Numbered from the stretch's first letter, positions 1-9,925 are shown. The stretch is DNA of 64,000 nt from Thermodesulfobacteriota bacterium (GCA_029246845.1 JAQWMJ010000040.1:10763-74762); one strand, 5' to 3'. Made by a program: numbers and translations. The notes: generated by a model not told the origin, from the sequence alone.

Positions 1-188
1 TAGACACTTGAAATAACAGTATCATCCTGATATCCCTTTGAACTTTTAGTAGCCTTTAGAATAGTTTTACTATAAACATCGTCCTCATTTTTACTCAAAA
101 GGGCTGACCATCCTTTAAAACATAAAAGAATAGTTATTGTAAAAATAAAAATATTATGTGGGTTAATAAGTTCAAGATAGCTATTCAT
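1..188 (-). CDS. Hypothetical membrane-anchored protein, N-terminal fragment; the ORF continues past the window start
   Basis: ATG at 188-186 on the minus strand, preceded by AAGAGGAA SD 2 nt upstream. Translation MNSYLELINPHNIFIFTITILLCFKGW... has a hydrophobic N-terminal segment. It lies 25 nt downstream of the argS stop on the same strand. Not in the ORF track because it is truncated by the window edge. Confidence 0.3.
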   Translation of the reverse strand, partial: MNSYLELINPHNIFIFTITILLCFKGWSALLSKNEDDVYSKTILKATKSSKGYQDDTVISSV

Positions 189-213
189 GATTCCTCTTCA
201 ATAATAAAATTTA

Positions 214-1857
214 TCACATTCTTTCTGGTGATGATACACCAAGCAAATTCAAACCATTTACAAAAACTATTTTAATGGAACTTAATAGCAAGACTCTTGC
301 TTTACTTAATTCATCATCCTCAACTAGAACTTTTGTGTTTTTGTAATAACTATGAAAAATTGCGGCAAGCTCTTGTAAGTAAAAAGCAACTTTATGAGGA
401 GACATTGTATTAGAAGCTTCTTCTACAGTATCAGGGAAACTTAATATTTTTTTTATGAGCCCAATCTCTTTTTCTTCTGTCAAGAGAGCTAGATTAGCTG
501 ATTCCATATCGTGCTTATTTAAATCATCTTTATTTAAAATACTGTTAATTCTTGCGCTTGCATATTGTATATAGAAAATCGGATTGTCATCTGACCCCTC
601 CCTACACTTGTCCAAATCAAAGTCAAAATGAGAATCTGAACTTCTTGATACCATCATAAACCTTACTAAATCTTTATTGAACTCATTAAGCATATCTTTA
701 ATTGTAGTATAAGTTCCAGATCTCTTTGACATGGAAACATCTTGACCATCTTTTATCAATCTTACAAACTGAATCAAAACAAAGTCCAGTTTAGTTAGAT
801 CATTTGAAAGCAACTTCATAGATGCTTTCAATCTGGAAATATGACTATGATGATCGGCACCCCAAACATTAATAATCTTGTCAAAACCTCTATCGAATTT
901 ATCGTGATGATATGCTATATCATTCATAAAATAAGTAGATGATTCGTTAGACTTAGTAACAACCCAGTCATCATTATCACCATAATCTGAAGTTTTAATC
1001 CACTCAGCTCCTTCTTTTTTATACAGTCCGCCTACAGACTGTATAAGTTTTTTAATATTTACAACGGAATCTGTGTCATGAATCTTTTTCTTCTCCGAAT
1101 ACCAAGAATCGAAGCTAATGTCTAAATCTTTAAGATCTTTCTCTATCTCCTCAGTAAGATAGCTAATTGCGAAGTTAGAAAAAAAAGAATTTTCCTCTTT
1201 CAGTATTGACTCCGAATCTTTAGTCATCAAAAGAGTTTCAGCCACATCAATTAAATAGTCACCTTTATATCCACCTTCTGGAATATTAAAAACAAGATTT
1301 AATTTTTCTAAAACTCTTTCTTTTAAAGATTCACCCAATAGGCGTACTTGGTTACCATAATCATTTACATAATATTCTTTAACAACATCGTATCCATAAA
1401 ATTTTAATATTCTTGCAACAGAATCACCAACTGCAGCATTCCTCAAGTGCCCAAGGTGGAGTAAGCCTGTAGGATTAGCCGAGACAAACTCAATTAGAAC
1501 TTTCTTATTATTTTTAGGTCCTGAACCAAAATTGACCCCTTTTAAAAGCACATCCGCAAGATAGTCTTGATAAATTTCATTAGAAATTACAAAATTAATA
1601 AATCCAGGCTTCTCAACTGTTATATCCTGAAAAAAAGAATCCTGCGATTGCTTCAATAGAACTAGCATTTCCTCAGCTAAATCAATAGGCTTTGATTTCA
1701 ACCTACCTGAGCTGATCATAGCAAAGTTAGTTGAAAAATCTCCATGGTCCGTATTACGAGGTATGGAAAGTGAAAGATTAGAGAAATCTAGGTCAGAGAA
1801 TCTTGAGTCTTTAATTAATGAATTCTTAATTTTTTCAATTATTTCGTCTGTCAACAT
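214..1857 (-). CDS. argS: Arginine--tRNA ligase (class I aminoacyl-tRNA synthetase)
   Basis: 547 aa. HIGH-type motif HLGHLRNAAVGD. KMSKS-type motif VSMSKRSG near the C-terminal third. Anticodon-binding C-terminal region with conserved ...NPIFYIQYASARI.... Length is typical for ArgRS. Confidence 0.9.
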   Translation of the reverse strand: MLTDEIIEKIKNSLIKDSRFSDLDFSNLSLSIPRNTDHGDFSTNFAMISSGRLKSKPIDLAEEMLVLLKQSQDSFFQDITVEKPGFINFVISNEIYQDYLADVLLKGVNFGSGPKNNKKVLIEFVSANPTGLLHLGHLRNAAVGDSVARILKFYGYDVVKEYYVNDYGNQVRLLGESLKERVLEKLNLVFNIPEGGYKGDYLIDVAETLLMTKDSESILKEENSFFSNFAISYLTEEIEKDLKDLDISFDSWYSEKKKIHDTDSVVNIKKLIQSVGGLYKKEGAEWIKTSDYGDNDDWVVTKSNESSTYFMNDIAYHHDKFDRGFDKIINVWGADHHSHISRLKASMKLLSNDLTKLDFVLIQFVRLIKDGQDVSMSKRSGTYTTIKDMLNEFNKDLVRFMMVSRSSDSHFDFDLDKCREGSDDNPIFYIQYASARINSILNKDDLNKHDMESANLALLTEEKEIGLIKKILSFPDTVEEASNTMSPHKVAFYLQELAAIFHSYYKNTKVLVEDDELSKARVLLLSSIKIVFVNGLNLLGVSSPERM

Positions 1858-1861
1858 AACG

Positions 1862-2527
1862 CTACCTTATTTCAACCTCTACCTCACCTACTCCATCTAC
1901 AAATTTAAGGACTTTATTATTTGATTTTAAATGGTCGACAGAATCTAAAATATCTAAGGTCAAATCATTATTAGAAAAAGTAGCTTCTGATATCGCCCCG
2001 GATTCAGTAGTAAAGTCGGCGAAGAACTTCAATTCCTTATTCGAAATCGTACATAGTATAGATGCAATTACTAAGTTGTGTGTAACAATTAATACCATGC
2101 TCTCAGGAGGTAAACCTTTCAATGTATCCTTGATATAGATTAAGCTTCTATCTCGGACTTCACCTAAAGTCTCTCCTTTTGGTAACCTAAAATTTTCAGG
2201 ATTTTCTCTCCAGATTCTTAGTTCATCAGCATACTTTTGTCTCAGATAACTTAATGATAATCCTTCAAATTCACCCTGATCCATTTCTCTTAACTTTTCA
2301 GAGTAAACAACTCTAAATCGTTCGTCATAATTAATTTCATTTAAAGTTTGCTTTGCTCTTTTAAGATCACTACAAAAAACATAATCGACTTTTTTATCTT
2401 TGAAATATACTCCGAGTTTCTTTGCTTGAGCAAATCCATTAGGGTTTAATTCTAGATCGGTAATGCCCTGACACCTTTCTTCTTTGTTCCAATCAGTTTC
2501 ACAATGTCTAACAAAAATTATTTTCAT
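1862..2527 (-). CDS. Histidine phosphatase superfamily protein (phosphoglycerate mutase-like / alpha-ribazole phosphatase-like)
   Basis: 221 aa. N-terminal IFVRHCETDWN...RCQG..DLELNPNGFAQA matches the RHG-x-T-xWN...QG histidine-phosphatase signature, with Cys in place of the usual Gly. 4-nt gap to argS. Confidence 0.7.
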   Translation of the reverse strand: MKIIFVRHCETDWNKEERCQGITDLELNPNGFAQAKKLGVYFKDKKVDYVFCSDLKRAKQTLNEINYDERFRVVYSEKLREMDQGEFEGLSLSYLRQKYADELRIWRENPENFRLPKGETLGEVRDRSLIYIKDTLKGLPPESMVLIVTHNLVIASILCTISNKELKFFADFTTESGAISEATFSNNDLTLDILDSVDHLKSNNKVLKFVDGVGEVEVEIR

Positions 2528-2613
2528 AATAGACTATTATTGTAGACTATTTATCTCTAATAACTAATCAAAAAAAATTTTGTTTATAAAGACTAATTAT
2601 TGTATAAGTAAAT

Positions 2614-2973
2614 ATGTCCCAATACAGAAAAGGATACTTATTTGAAAAAAAAACTCACACAAAAGTAGCTGATTTAATATCAAATCATAAAGAACTGAAA
2701 TTTTATGGAATTGAGAGTCGAGGTAGTAAGGGAGCTGCCGATATTGTTTTTGGTCTCTATAATATGAAAAACCAAAATAGAATTTGGATTGGTGTTCAAT
2801 GTAAAAGAGGTTATGTTTCGAAACCAGAAAAATCAAGGGAAATAGAAGATGCTATGAACAATTTTGGTATGATTATGTTTTATAGCACTCCCTCAAAAGA
2901 AAAGAAATCTGAAATTGAATTTCATCCTAATTTTGAAGAATGGTTAAAAGAATGGGTCTTATCTAAAAACTAA
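2614..2973 (+). CDS. Small PD-(D/E)xK nuclease-fold protein of the Hjc / YraN (UPF0102) Holliday-junction-resolvase-like superfamily
   Basis: 119 aa. N-terminal MSQYRKGYLFEKK resembles the Hjc N-terminus (M-YRKG..ERE). Central ESRGSKGAADIVF resembles the Hjc (R/A)(A)GS-Gly-rich-(V)D(L/I)(I/V) catalytic-Asp segment. IWIGVQCKRG corresponds to the (E/Q)xK strand (I-E-V-K in Hjc; Q-x-K variant here). The length matches Hjc/YraN (about 120-135 aa). Confidence 0.55.
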   Translation: MSQYRKGYLFEKKTHTKVADLISNHKELKFYGIESRGSKGAADIVFGLYNMKNQNRIWIGVQCKRGYVSKPEKSREIEDAMNNFGMIMFYSTPSKEKKSEIEFHPNFEEWLKEWVLSKN

Positions 2974-3716
2974 ATTAAAGCTTCAATAACAGAATCGTCT
3001 ATATCAAAGTTTGAATGAACTTTTTGCACATCATCGCAATCATCTAACAAGTCCAACATTTTAAGCATATGCTCTGCAGGTTTACCTTCCACTTTAACAG
3101 AATTGGAAGGTATCATTGAAATTTCAGCATTTTCAAAATCTACATTACTTTCCTCAAGACCCTTTCTAACTTCTTCGAATTTATCTACCTCAGTCAAGAC
3201 AAGGAAAACCTCTCCATCACTAATTACATCATCCGCACCTAAGTCTAGCGATAAATCAATCAAAGAATCTTCCTCTATGGACTTTATTGGTACCTCGAAT
3301 TTTCCCTTTTTATTAAAAATCCATGAAACGCATCCAGACTCTCCTAAGTTTCCTCCAAACTTGCTAAAAGCTCTTCTAAGCTCTGAAACTGTCCTATTCT
3401 TATTATCTGTTAAAACTTCCACAAGAACAGCTGTTCCGCCAGGACCATATCCTTCATATGTTGTTTCAATATAAGTATCACTAGCCAGTTCACCTGTTCC
3501 TTTTTTAATTGCTCTTTCAGAAGTATCTTTAGGCATATTGGCACTTCTAGCATTAAGTAATGCTAGTCTTAATCTTGGATTAATATCAGGGTCACCACCA
3601 CCATCTCTTGATGCAACCGTAATCTCACGTATTAACTTAGTGAATATCTTTCCCCTCTTAGCATCTAAGGCACCTTTTTTGTGTTTAATAGAGCTCCACT
3701 TTGAATGTCCTGACAT
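2970..3716 (-). CDS. yebC: YebC/PmpR family DNA-binding transcriptional regulator
   Basis: 248 aa. MSGHSKWSSIKHKKGALDAKRGKIFTKLIREITVA...GGGDPDINPRLRLAL is the highly conserved YebC N-terminus. Full-length match to the family architecture. Confidence 0.92.
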   Translation of the reverse strand: MSGHSKWSSIKHKKGALDAKRGKIFTKLIREITVASRDGGGDPDINPRLRLALLNARSANMPKDTSERAIKKGTGELASDTYIETTYEGYGPGGTAVLVEVLTDNKNRTVSELRRAFSKFGGNLGESGCVSWIFNKKGKFEVPIKSIEEDSLIDLSLDLGADDVISDGEVFLVLTEVDKFEEVRKGLEESNVDFENAEISMIPSNSVKVEGKPAEHMLKMLDLLDDCDDVQKVHSNFDIDDSVIEALI

Positions 3717-3779
3717 ATTTCCACCTACTGTTTAATTACAAATCTTATCAAATAATAGTATACAAAACAATTAAAAAAA

Positions 3780-3807
3780 TTGACATTTCTTAAAATATGA
3801 TTATAAA
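3780..3807 (+). promoter_or_regulatory. Sigma70-like promoter for rho
   Basis: TTGACA (3780-3785), 16-nt spacer, TATAAA (3802-3807), about 57 nt upstream of the rho ATG at 3865, inside a 148-nt divergent intergenic region. Confidence 0.4.
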
Positions 3808-3864
3808 TATATATAAGAACTAGGTTTTAATATAAATCCCAAGCAATTATTCCAAAGGTAATAA

Positions 3865-5169
3865 ATGAGTAAGAAGATTACAGCTACCACTGAAAATTCT
3901 AGCAAGAAGAGTTTAGATTTGATGAATCTAAATGAGCTTAGAGAATTAAAATCTGAAGAACTCCAGCAAATCGCCTTAGACTCTAAGATAGATGACATAG
4001 GAAAGATGACTAGACAAGAGATAACGTATGCGATTCTCAAATCTCAATATGAAAGTAAAGGTGAAATTTATGCAGAGGGAGTTTTAGAGATATTAAATGA
4101 GGGGTATGGATTCCTTCGATCACCAAAATATAGCTATCTTCCAGGTCCCGACGATATATATGTCTCAAAATCGCAAGTAAGATCTTTTATTCTAAAATCT
4201 GGGGATACTGTTGGTGGCTATGTAAGGCTACCTCGTGAAAGTGAAAAAAATCTAGCTTTACTAAAAATTGAATCTGTTAATTTTGGAGATCCTGACTATT
4301 GTAGAGAGAGAATAAGTTTTGGCAATAGAGTTCCTCTTCATCCAAATAGTAGACTAGACATGGAGAATGATCCTGATGAACTTTCAACAAGAGTTATAGA
4401 TATGTTCATCCCAATAGGTAAAGGACAAAGGGCACTTCTTGTTGCTCCGCCAAGAACAGGAAAGACTGTCTTGTTACAAAAGATAGCTAAAGCGATAACG
4501 GACAATAATCCAGATGTATCGCTATTTGTACTACTCATAGATGAAAGACCTGAAGAGGTTACGGAAATGGAAAGATCAGTAAAAGGAGAAGTGGTAAGCT
4601 CTACTTTTGATGAACCTCCACAAAGACATGTCCAAGTAGCGGACATGGTTCTTGAAAAGGCTAAAAGACTTGTTGAACATGGTAAAGACGTAGTAATACT
4701 TTTAGATAGCATCACCAGGCTTGCAAGAGCAAGCAATACTGTCTCACCTTCGAGTGGTAGAGTTTTAACAGGTGGTATGGAAGCGAATGCATTACAAAGA
4801 CCAAAAAAATTCTTTGGAGCAGCTAGGAACACAGAAGAAGGTGGAAGTCTAACTATTATAGCTACGGCATTAATTGAGACTGGAAGCAGAATGGACGAAG
4901 TAATCTTTGAAGAGTTCAAAGGTACTGGAAATATGGAAATCTATCTTGAGAGAAAATTAGCCGAAAAAAGGATCTACCCTGCGATTGATCTTCAGAAATC
5001 TGGAACTAGGAAGGAAGAATTACTAATAGAACCAGATGATTTAAATAGAATATGGCTCCTAAGGAAAGTTCTTAACCCTATGAGTCCCAACGAATCTATG
5101 GAATTCTTATTGGACAAACTAAAGGCCTCAAAATCAAATCAAGAATTTTTAAAAGCTATGAATAGTTAA
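3865..5169 (+). CDS. rho: Transcription termination factor Rho
   Basis: 434 aa. N-terminal RNA-binding/CSD-like region ([30 protein letters not shown]). Walker [18 protein letters not shown]. Rho Q/R-loop regions. Collinear with bacterial Rho throughout. Confidence 0.95.
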   Translation: MSKKITATTENSSKKSLDLMNLNELRELKSEELQQIALDSKIDDIGKMTRQEITYAILKSQYESKGEIYAEGVLEILNEGYGFLRSPKYSYLPGPDDIYVSKSQVRSFILKSGDTVGGYVRLPRESEKNLALLKIESVNFGDPDYCRERISFGNRVPLHPNSRLDMENDPDELSTRVIDMFIPIGKGQRALLVAPPRTGKTVLLQKIAKAITDNNPDVSLFVLLIDERPEEVTEMERSVKGEVVSSTFDEPPQRHVQVADMVLEKAKRLVEHGKDVVILLDSITRLARASNTVSPSSGRVLTGGMEANALQRPKKFFGAARNTEEGGSLTIIATALIETGSRMDEVIFEEFKGTGNMEIYLERKLAEKRIYPAIDLQKSGTRKEELLIEPDDLNRIWLLRKVLNPMSPNESMEFLLDKLKASKSNQEFLKAMNS

Positions 5170-5197
5170 GGACACCAACATAAGTCGATGTCCTTAA
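5166..5197. terminator. Hairpin between convergent rho and the histone-like gene (possible bidirectional terminator)
   Basis: Perfect 9-bp inverted repeat TTAAGGACA (5166-5174) / TGTCCTTAA (5189-5197) with a 14-nt loop, starting inside the rho stop codon. It lies between the two convergent stops (5169 and 5214). No strong U-run on either side, so function is uncertain. Confidence 0.3.
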
Positions 5198-5213
5198 TCT
5201 AACAAAATAAACA

Positions 5214-5642
5214 CTACCTTTTCTTTTTCTTGGTAGCCTTACGCTTCTTAGCTACAGTCTTTTTCTTAGCTACAGTCTTTTTCTTAGCCGCTGGCTTTTT
5301 CTTAGCTGCAGTCTTCTTCTTAGCCGCTGGCTTTTTCTTAGCTGCAGTCTTCTTCTTAGCTACAGTCTTTTTCTTAACAGCTGGCTTTTTCTTAGCTGCA
5401 GTCTTCTTCTTAGCTACAGTCTTTTTCTTAACAGCTGGCTTTTTCTTAGCTGCAGTCTTTTTCTTAGCTACAGTCTTTTTCTTAGCCGCTGGCTTTTTCT
5501 TAGCTGCAGTCTTTTTCTTAGCTACAGTCTTTTTCTTAACAGCTGGCTTTTTCTTAGCTACAGTCTTTTTCTTAGCTACGACTTTCTTCTTTGCTGCTGT
5601 CTTCTTTTTTGCAACAGGTTTTTTCTTTTTTGCTACTGCCAT
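5214..5642 (-). CDS. Lysine/alanine-rich histone H1-like nucleoid protein (Hc1/AlgP/BpH1-like low-complexity DNA-binding protein)
   Basis: 142 aa, almost entirely hexapeptide repeats KKK(T/P)(A/V)(A/V) (about 21 copies). GGAGGT SD 8 nt upstream of the ATG on the minus strand. The plus-strand mirror ORF (5230-5670) encodes an implausible poly-FFLA peptide. Confidence 0.7.
   Translation of the reverse strand: MAVAKKKKPVAKKKTAAKKKVVAKKKTVAKKKPAVKKKTVAKKKTAAKKKPAAKKKTVAKKKTAAKKKPAVKKKTVAKKKTAAKKKPAVKKKTVAKKKTAAKKKPAAKKKTAAKKKPAAKKKTVAKKKTVAKKRKATKKKKR
5245..5630. repeat. In-frame coding tandem repeat, 18-nt unit (54-nt higher-order unit), about 21 copies
   Basis: Direct reading: CTTAGC(T/C)(A/G)C(A/T)G(T/G)C-TT(T/C)TT units repeat contiguously, e.g. 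cttagccgctggcttttt / cttagctgcagtcttctt / cttagccgctggcttttt at 5287-5340. Period 18 nt, with every third unit more similar to itself (54-nt super-repeat). Confidence 0.85.
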
Positions 5643-5839
5643 AACTTTATACCTCCACTTTAGAATATAAAATTAAAGATTTAATATTTTTTTACGAACA
5701 CAAAAATAAAAAATATTAAAAATTCAATATTTATTTTTACTGTAGGATGTTTGAAAAAAATTGTCAAGCAGTTTTTATAAAAAAATTATAGAAAAATTTA
5801 AAAAAATATATTGATCTTTTTGTAATATTTTCCTTAGGA

Positions 5840-7168
5840 CTAATCTTCTTGTTCTAAATCAGTTAACTTTGATTTCTTAAACCAATCATTAACTATGTTG
5901 TAAAAAGCATCGAGCAATATTTGACTTTCTATAGGTTCACAAACTTCATCAGTAAAAGCTTTGATAAGCATAAGCATAGCTTTCTCTTTATTTATTCCTC
6001 TGGCTTGAAGGTACAAAAGAGCTTCTTTGTCAATTTGACCAATAGTTGCTCCATGAGAACATTTTACGTCATCAGCATATATCTCTAACTGAGGCTTTGT
6101 ATCAACTTGAGCGCTATCAGACAATAGTAAGTTTCGATTTGTCTGGTAGGCATTTGTCTGCTGTGCTTCCTCGTGAACTAAGATTCTTCCATGGAATACT
6201 CCCTTAGATGAATCGTTTAACAATCCTTTATAAAGTTGCCTACTTCCGCAATTTGCTTTTAAATGCTCTACAAACATGAAGTTATCCATGAGTTGTTCCT
6301 CGATAGACAGATACAAGCCTAATATGTTGGAATAAGAGCCTTCTCCGTTAAGAATTGGATGCACATTGTTCCTTATAAGCTGTCCACCACAAAGAATCGA
6401 ATTAGTAGTAAAATGTGAGTCTCTATCTTGAATAATCTTAAGATTTGAGAAAATAAAAGAGCTCTTACTTCCATCCTCAACAAGTAGGTGTTCCACTTTG
6501 GAGTTCTTCTCAATATAAGCTGTTGCAGTCTTATTTAAGAAATATTCATTGTTCAATTCAGATGATGAATACTCTATTATTTCCGCTGTTGATGATTCTT
6601 CAAAATAAAAAATATTTCTAGTATTTAAAAACTTATTATCAATTTCAGAATCAAAAGTATTTATAATCACAATTGGTTTATCAACTGCTTGTCCTCTTTT
6701 TACTTTTAAAAAAAGACCATGCTCGATAAAAGCAGAACCTAGCTCATAAAAAAAATCCTTATTTTTAGTTGAAGTGTTATCAAGTAAAACCTTCTTTACT
6801 TCAGGATAGTCAAATGAACTCTTTAGGCCTTGAACAAGAAAAGGGTATTCATAATCAAATACAAGTTCTCCATTGTGCACATACAGGAAATAACCATCTA
6901 TATTATTTATATAATCTGGTAATTCAGGTTTGTTATATTTTAAAGTCTTTGAAATGTATGGTGAGAAATTACGATTAGCAAAATCCTTTAGACTAGTAAA
7001 TCTCCAATCTTCGTTTGTAAGATTTGGCAATCCTAAGCTTTCTACAGCATTTATTCCATCCAACCTATAGCTTCCAACCCATTGCAAAGAATGCTTGGCA
7101 AACTCTCTATCTTTAAAATCTTTTACTAAACTAGTCTCTAAATTATCCATAATTAATCTTCCAACCAA
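5840..7168 (-). CDS. sufD: Fe-S cluster assembly protein SufD
   Basis: 442 aa. Position directly downstream of sufC with a 16-nt overlap. C-terminal region ([20 protein letters not shown]...) is typical of the SufB/SufD family. Confidence 0.8.
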   Translation of the reverse strand: MVGRLIMDNLETSLVKDFKDREFAKHSLQWVGSYRLDGINAVESLGLPNLTNEDWRFTSLKDFANRNFSPYISKTLKYNKPELPDYINNIDGYFLYVHNGELVFDYEYPFLVQGLKSSFDYPEVKKVLLDNTSTKNKDFFYELGSAFIEHGLFLKVKRGQAVDKPIVIINTFDSEIDNKFLNTRNIFYFEESSTAEIIEYSSSELNNEYFLNKTATAYIEKNSKVEHLLVEDGSKSSFIFSNLKIIQDRDSHFTTNSILCGGQLIRNNVHPILNGEGSYSNILGLYLSIEEQLMDNFMFVEHLKANCGSRQLYKGLLNDSSKGVFHGRILVHEEAQQTNAYQTNRNLLLSDSAQVDTKPQLEIYADDVKCSHGATIGQIDKEALLYLQARGINKEKAMLMLIKAFTDEVCEPIESQILLDAFYNIVNDWFKKSKLTDLEQED

Positions 7169-7893
7169 GAATATCCTTTTGATTCAAGTTCTAAAGCCAA
7201 ATCTTTTGCACCAGATTTAACTATTTTTCCATTAACTAAAACATGAACATAATCTGGGACTATATAATCCAAAAGTCTTTGATAGTGGGTTATAACTAAG
7301 AAAGCGGTTTCTTTGCTTCTAAGGGAATTTACCCCATTTGCTACGATTTGAAGTGCATCAATGTCCAATCCAGAATCTGTTTCGTCTAGAATTGAAAGCA
7401 AAGGTTCCAATATAGCCATTTGAAGGATCTCGTTCCTTTTCTTTTCACCCCCAGAGAAACCTTCATTTAGAGATCTCTTTAAAAATGACTCGTCCATCTT
7501 TAGCATCTTAATTTTTTCTTTCGCCAGCTTTCCAAACTGAACAGGCTTAAGCGGAGGATTTCCTCTGGCCTTATTAATAGAATTAAAGGCTTCTCTTAAA
7601 AAATAACCATTAGAAACTCCCGGAATTTCAATTGGATACTGAAATGCAAGGAAAATTCCTTGCTGAGCTCTTTCATCTGGAGCCAATTCTAAAATACTTT
7701 CTCCATTATAAATAATATCTCCTTGTGTAATATCATAGTCTTCTTTTCCAGCCATAATAGAAGCCAAAGTACTTTTGCCGGAACCGTTAGGTCCCATAAT
7801 TGAATGTACTTCACCTTTGTTTATTTTTAAATTTAATCCGTTTAAAATCTTTTGCCCTTCAACTTCAGCATGAAGATTAACAATCTCTAACAT
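7153..7893 (-). CDS. sufC: Fe-S cluster assembly ATPase SufC
   Basis: 246 aa. Walker [14 protein letters not shown] signature FSGGEKKR. Walker B/D-loop [12 protein letters not shown]. Canonical SufC length. Confidence 0.95.
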   Translation of the reverse strand: MLEIVNLHAEVEGQKILNGLNLKINKGEVHSIMGPNGSGKSTLASIMAGKEDYDITQGDIIYNGESILELAPDERAQQGIFLAFQYPIEIPGVSNGYFLREAFNSINKARGNPPLKPVQFGKLAKEKIKMLKMDESFLKRSLNEGFSGGEKKRNEILQMAILEPLLSILDETDSGLDIDALQIVANGVNSLRSKETAFLVITHYQRLLDYIVPDYVHVLVNGKIVKSGAKDLALELESKGYSWLED

Positions 7894-7931
7894 AAATAAC
7901 TCCCTAATAAATTTATAAAAACCTTAAAAGT

Positions 7932-9389
7932 TTAGCCAACACTTCCTTCTAAGCTAACACTTAGAAGTCTCTCTGCTTCTACAGCAAACTCAAAAGGTAG
8001 TTCTTTAAAAACCTCTTTGCAAAAACCATTAACAATTAATGATAGTGCATCTTCCTCAGACATTCCTCTTTGTTGACAATAAAAAATTTGATCTTCTCCC
8101 ACTTTTGAAGTGGTTGCCTCATGCTCCAATTGAGCACTTGGGTTTTTAACTTCTATGTAAGGAAAGGTATGTGCACCACAGTTTTCGCCTATTAAAATTG
8201 AATCACAAACTGTATAGTTTCTAGCATTTTCGGCGTTTTTGGAAACTTCAACTAAACCTCTATATATATTCTGACCATAGCCAGCCGAAATACCCTTTGA
8301 AACAATTGTACTTTTAGTATTCTTTCCTATATGAATCATTTTAGTGCCAGTATCAGCCTGTTGCCTATTGTTTGTTAAAGCAACAGAATAAAATTCACCT
8401 ACAGAGTTGTCGCCAGACAGGATGCAGCTAGGATATTTCCAGGTAATAGCAGATCCAGTTTCAACCTGGGTCCAAGAGATTCTAGAATTTTTACCAACAC
8501 AGTTACCTCTTTTTGTCACAAAGTTATAAATTCCACCCCTACCTTCCTTGTCACCTGGATACCAATTCTGAATTGTTGAGTATTTAATTGTTGCATCATC
8601 AAAAGCAATTAGCTCAACACAGGCTGCATGCAGTTGACTGGTACTCCTCTTAGGCGCGGTACAGCCCTCTAGATAGCTTACGCTACTTCCTTCTTCTGCA
8701 ACAATGAGTGTTCTCTCAAATTGCCCTGTATCTTCTGCATTAATTCTGAAATAAGTTGAAAGCTCCATTGGGCATTTGACCCCTTTTGGAATATATACAA
8801 ATGACCCATCAGTAAACACAGCAGCATTTAAGGCCGCAAAATAATTATCTCCAGCGGGAATTACGCGACCCAGATATTTTTTAACTAACTCTTCATGTTC
8901 TTCCACAGCCTCTGAGAAAGAGCAAAATATAATTCCAAGTTTTGCAAGTTTATCTTTGAAGGTTGTTACAAGCGACACACTATCAAAAACTACATCTACT
9001 GCAATACCTTCAAGTTGTTTTTGCTCTTCAAGTGGAATTCCAAGCTTATTGTAAGTATCAATTATTTCAGGATCAATTTCGTCCAGAGATTTTGGCATAT
9101 CTTTTGGGGCAGCAAAATAGCTTATACCGTTATAATCAATGGGCTCTATATTAAGTTTAGCCCAAGAAGGCTCCTGCATCGTTTTCCATTTCTTATAAGC
9201 CTTTAATCTAAAATCCAAAAGCCATTTTGGCTCGTTTTTTTTTTCTGATATAAAGTGTATAACCTCTTCGCTTATACCCTTAGGAATTATCTCTTGCTCA
9301 ATATCAGTTACAAAACCATACTTATATTCGTTTTTTTCAAACATTTCTTTAGTAGGTTGATCATTATCAATTTTTAATTCTTTAGTCAT
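7932..9389 (-). CDS. sufB: Fe-S cluster assembly scaffold protein SufB
   Basis: 485 aa, collinear with SufB. Conserved C-terminal ...[26 protein letters not shown]... region. Confidence 0.95.
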   Translation of the reverse strand: MTKELKIDNDQPTKEMFEKNEYKYGFVTDIEQEIIPKGISEEVIHFISEKKNEPKWLLDFRLKAYKKWKTMQEPSWAKLNIEPIDYNGISYFAAPKDMPKSLDEIDPEIIDTYNKLGIPLEEQKQLEGIAVDVVFDSVSLVTTFKDKLAKLGIIFCSFSEAVEEHEELVKKYLGRVIPAGDNYFAALNAAVFTDGSFVYIPKGVKCPMELSTYFRINAEDTGQFERTLIVAEEGSSVSYLEGCTAPKRSTSQLHAACVELIAFDDATIKYSTIQNWYPGDKEGRGGIYNFVTKRGNCVGKNSRISWTQVETGSAITWKYPSCILSGDNSVGEFYSVALTNNRQQADTGTKMIHIGKNTKSTIVSKGISAGYGQNIYRGLVEVSKNAENARNYTVCDSILIGENCGAHTFPYIEVKNPSAQLEHEATTSKVGEDQIFYCQQRGMSEEDALSLIVNGFCKEVFKELPFEFAVEAERLLSVSLEGSVG

Positions 9390-9409
9390 GTTTTAGAAAA
9401 CTCCCTATA

Positions 9410-9829
9410 TTATTCTGTTTTATTTCTAAAATTATTAGAAGCTATGTCTTCTACGCTAATATCATTTAGAAAATTAAGAGTATGAAGCTGCAAATGATCC
9501 CACACAGACCTTTGGCTACACGAGTTAAACAATTCACATACGACGTTTTTCTCCATACAGTCTATCAATTGCATGTCTCCTTCAATTGCTTCATAAACAT
9601 CTTTCAGAGAGATGTCCCCGGTGGGCTTTCTTAAAGAGTATCCACCTTCTGGCCCGGGTGAAGAACTTAAGAGTCCTTTTTGGACTAACTTCCTCATGAT
9701 CTTAGCAAGATAATTCTGAGGTATGTGCTGTTTCTCTGATATATCTCTTATGGTAAAAACTTTCGCATTTTCCTTAGCGATATACGTAAGAGATCGAACT
9801 GCATAATCCAGTGACTTACTTACTTGCAA
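9410..9829 (-). CDS. Rrf2 family transcriptional regulator (IscR/SufR-like), first gene of the suf operon
   Basis: 139 aa. N-terminal wHTH LDYAVRSLTYIAKE...TIRDISEKQHIPQNYLAKIMRKLVQKGLL typical of Rrf2. Three closely spaced Cys (C-x8-C-x5-C: DCMEKNVVCELFNSC) consistent with Fe-S cluster ligation. 20-nt gap to sufB. Confidence 0.8.
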   Translation of the reverse strand: MQVSKSLDYAVRSLTYIAKENAKVFTIRDISEKQHIPQNYLAKIMRKLVQKGLLSSSPGPEGGYSLRKPTGDISLKDVYEAIEGDMQLIDCMEKNVVCELFNSCSQRSVWDHLQLHTLNFLNDISVEDIASNNFRNKTE

Positions 9830-9897
9830 AACATCCTCATGATATTCATATGCATAATATAACTGAAAAAAATAACTATTTCACTGAAAATCTATTA

Positions 9898-9925
9898 TTG
9901 ACTTACAATAGCATTGCAGTAATAT
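9898..9925 (+). promoter_or_regulatory. Candidate sigma70-like promoter for rplM-rpsI
   Basis: TTGACT (9898-9903), 16-nt spacer, TAATAT (9920-9925), about 32 nt upstream of the rplM ATG at 9958. It sits in the 128-nt divergent region shared with the rrf2-suf promoter. Confidence 0.35.

Noticed and set aside
2597-2836. 79-aa minus-strand ORF overlapping the Hjc-like gene
   Set aside because: It is fully embedded antisense to a motif-bearing CDS. It has a low-complexity hydrophobic product and no SD. It is a shadow ORF.
4338-4919. 193-aa minus-strand ORF inside rho (and similar antisense ORFs inside sufB, atpD, atpG, RND pump, nrdA, ilvD, BC, etc.)
   Set aside because: All lie antisense within strongly conserved genes, have biased Ser/Leu/Pro-rich translations and no initiation signals. 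They are typical shadow ORFs.
5245-5630. Possible CRISPR array, because of the regular short repeats
   Set aside because: The repeats are strictly contiguous with no spacers and have an 18-nt period in one coding frame. There is no leader and no cas genes. It is a coding tandem repeat.
5230-5670. 146-aa plus-strand ORF (MVALRFLATVFFLATVFFLAAGFF...) overlapping the histone-like gene
   Set aside because: It is the mirror-image reading of the 18-nt repeat array. It encodes an implausible poly-(F/L/A) peptide, has no SD, and the minus-strand frame has a strong GGAGGT RBS and a coherent K/A-rich product.
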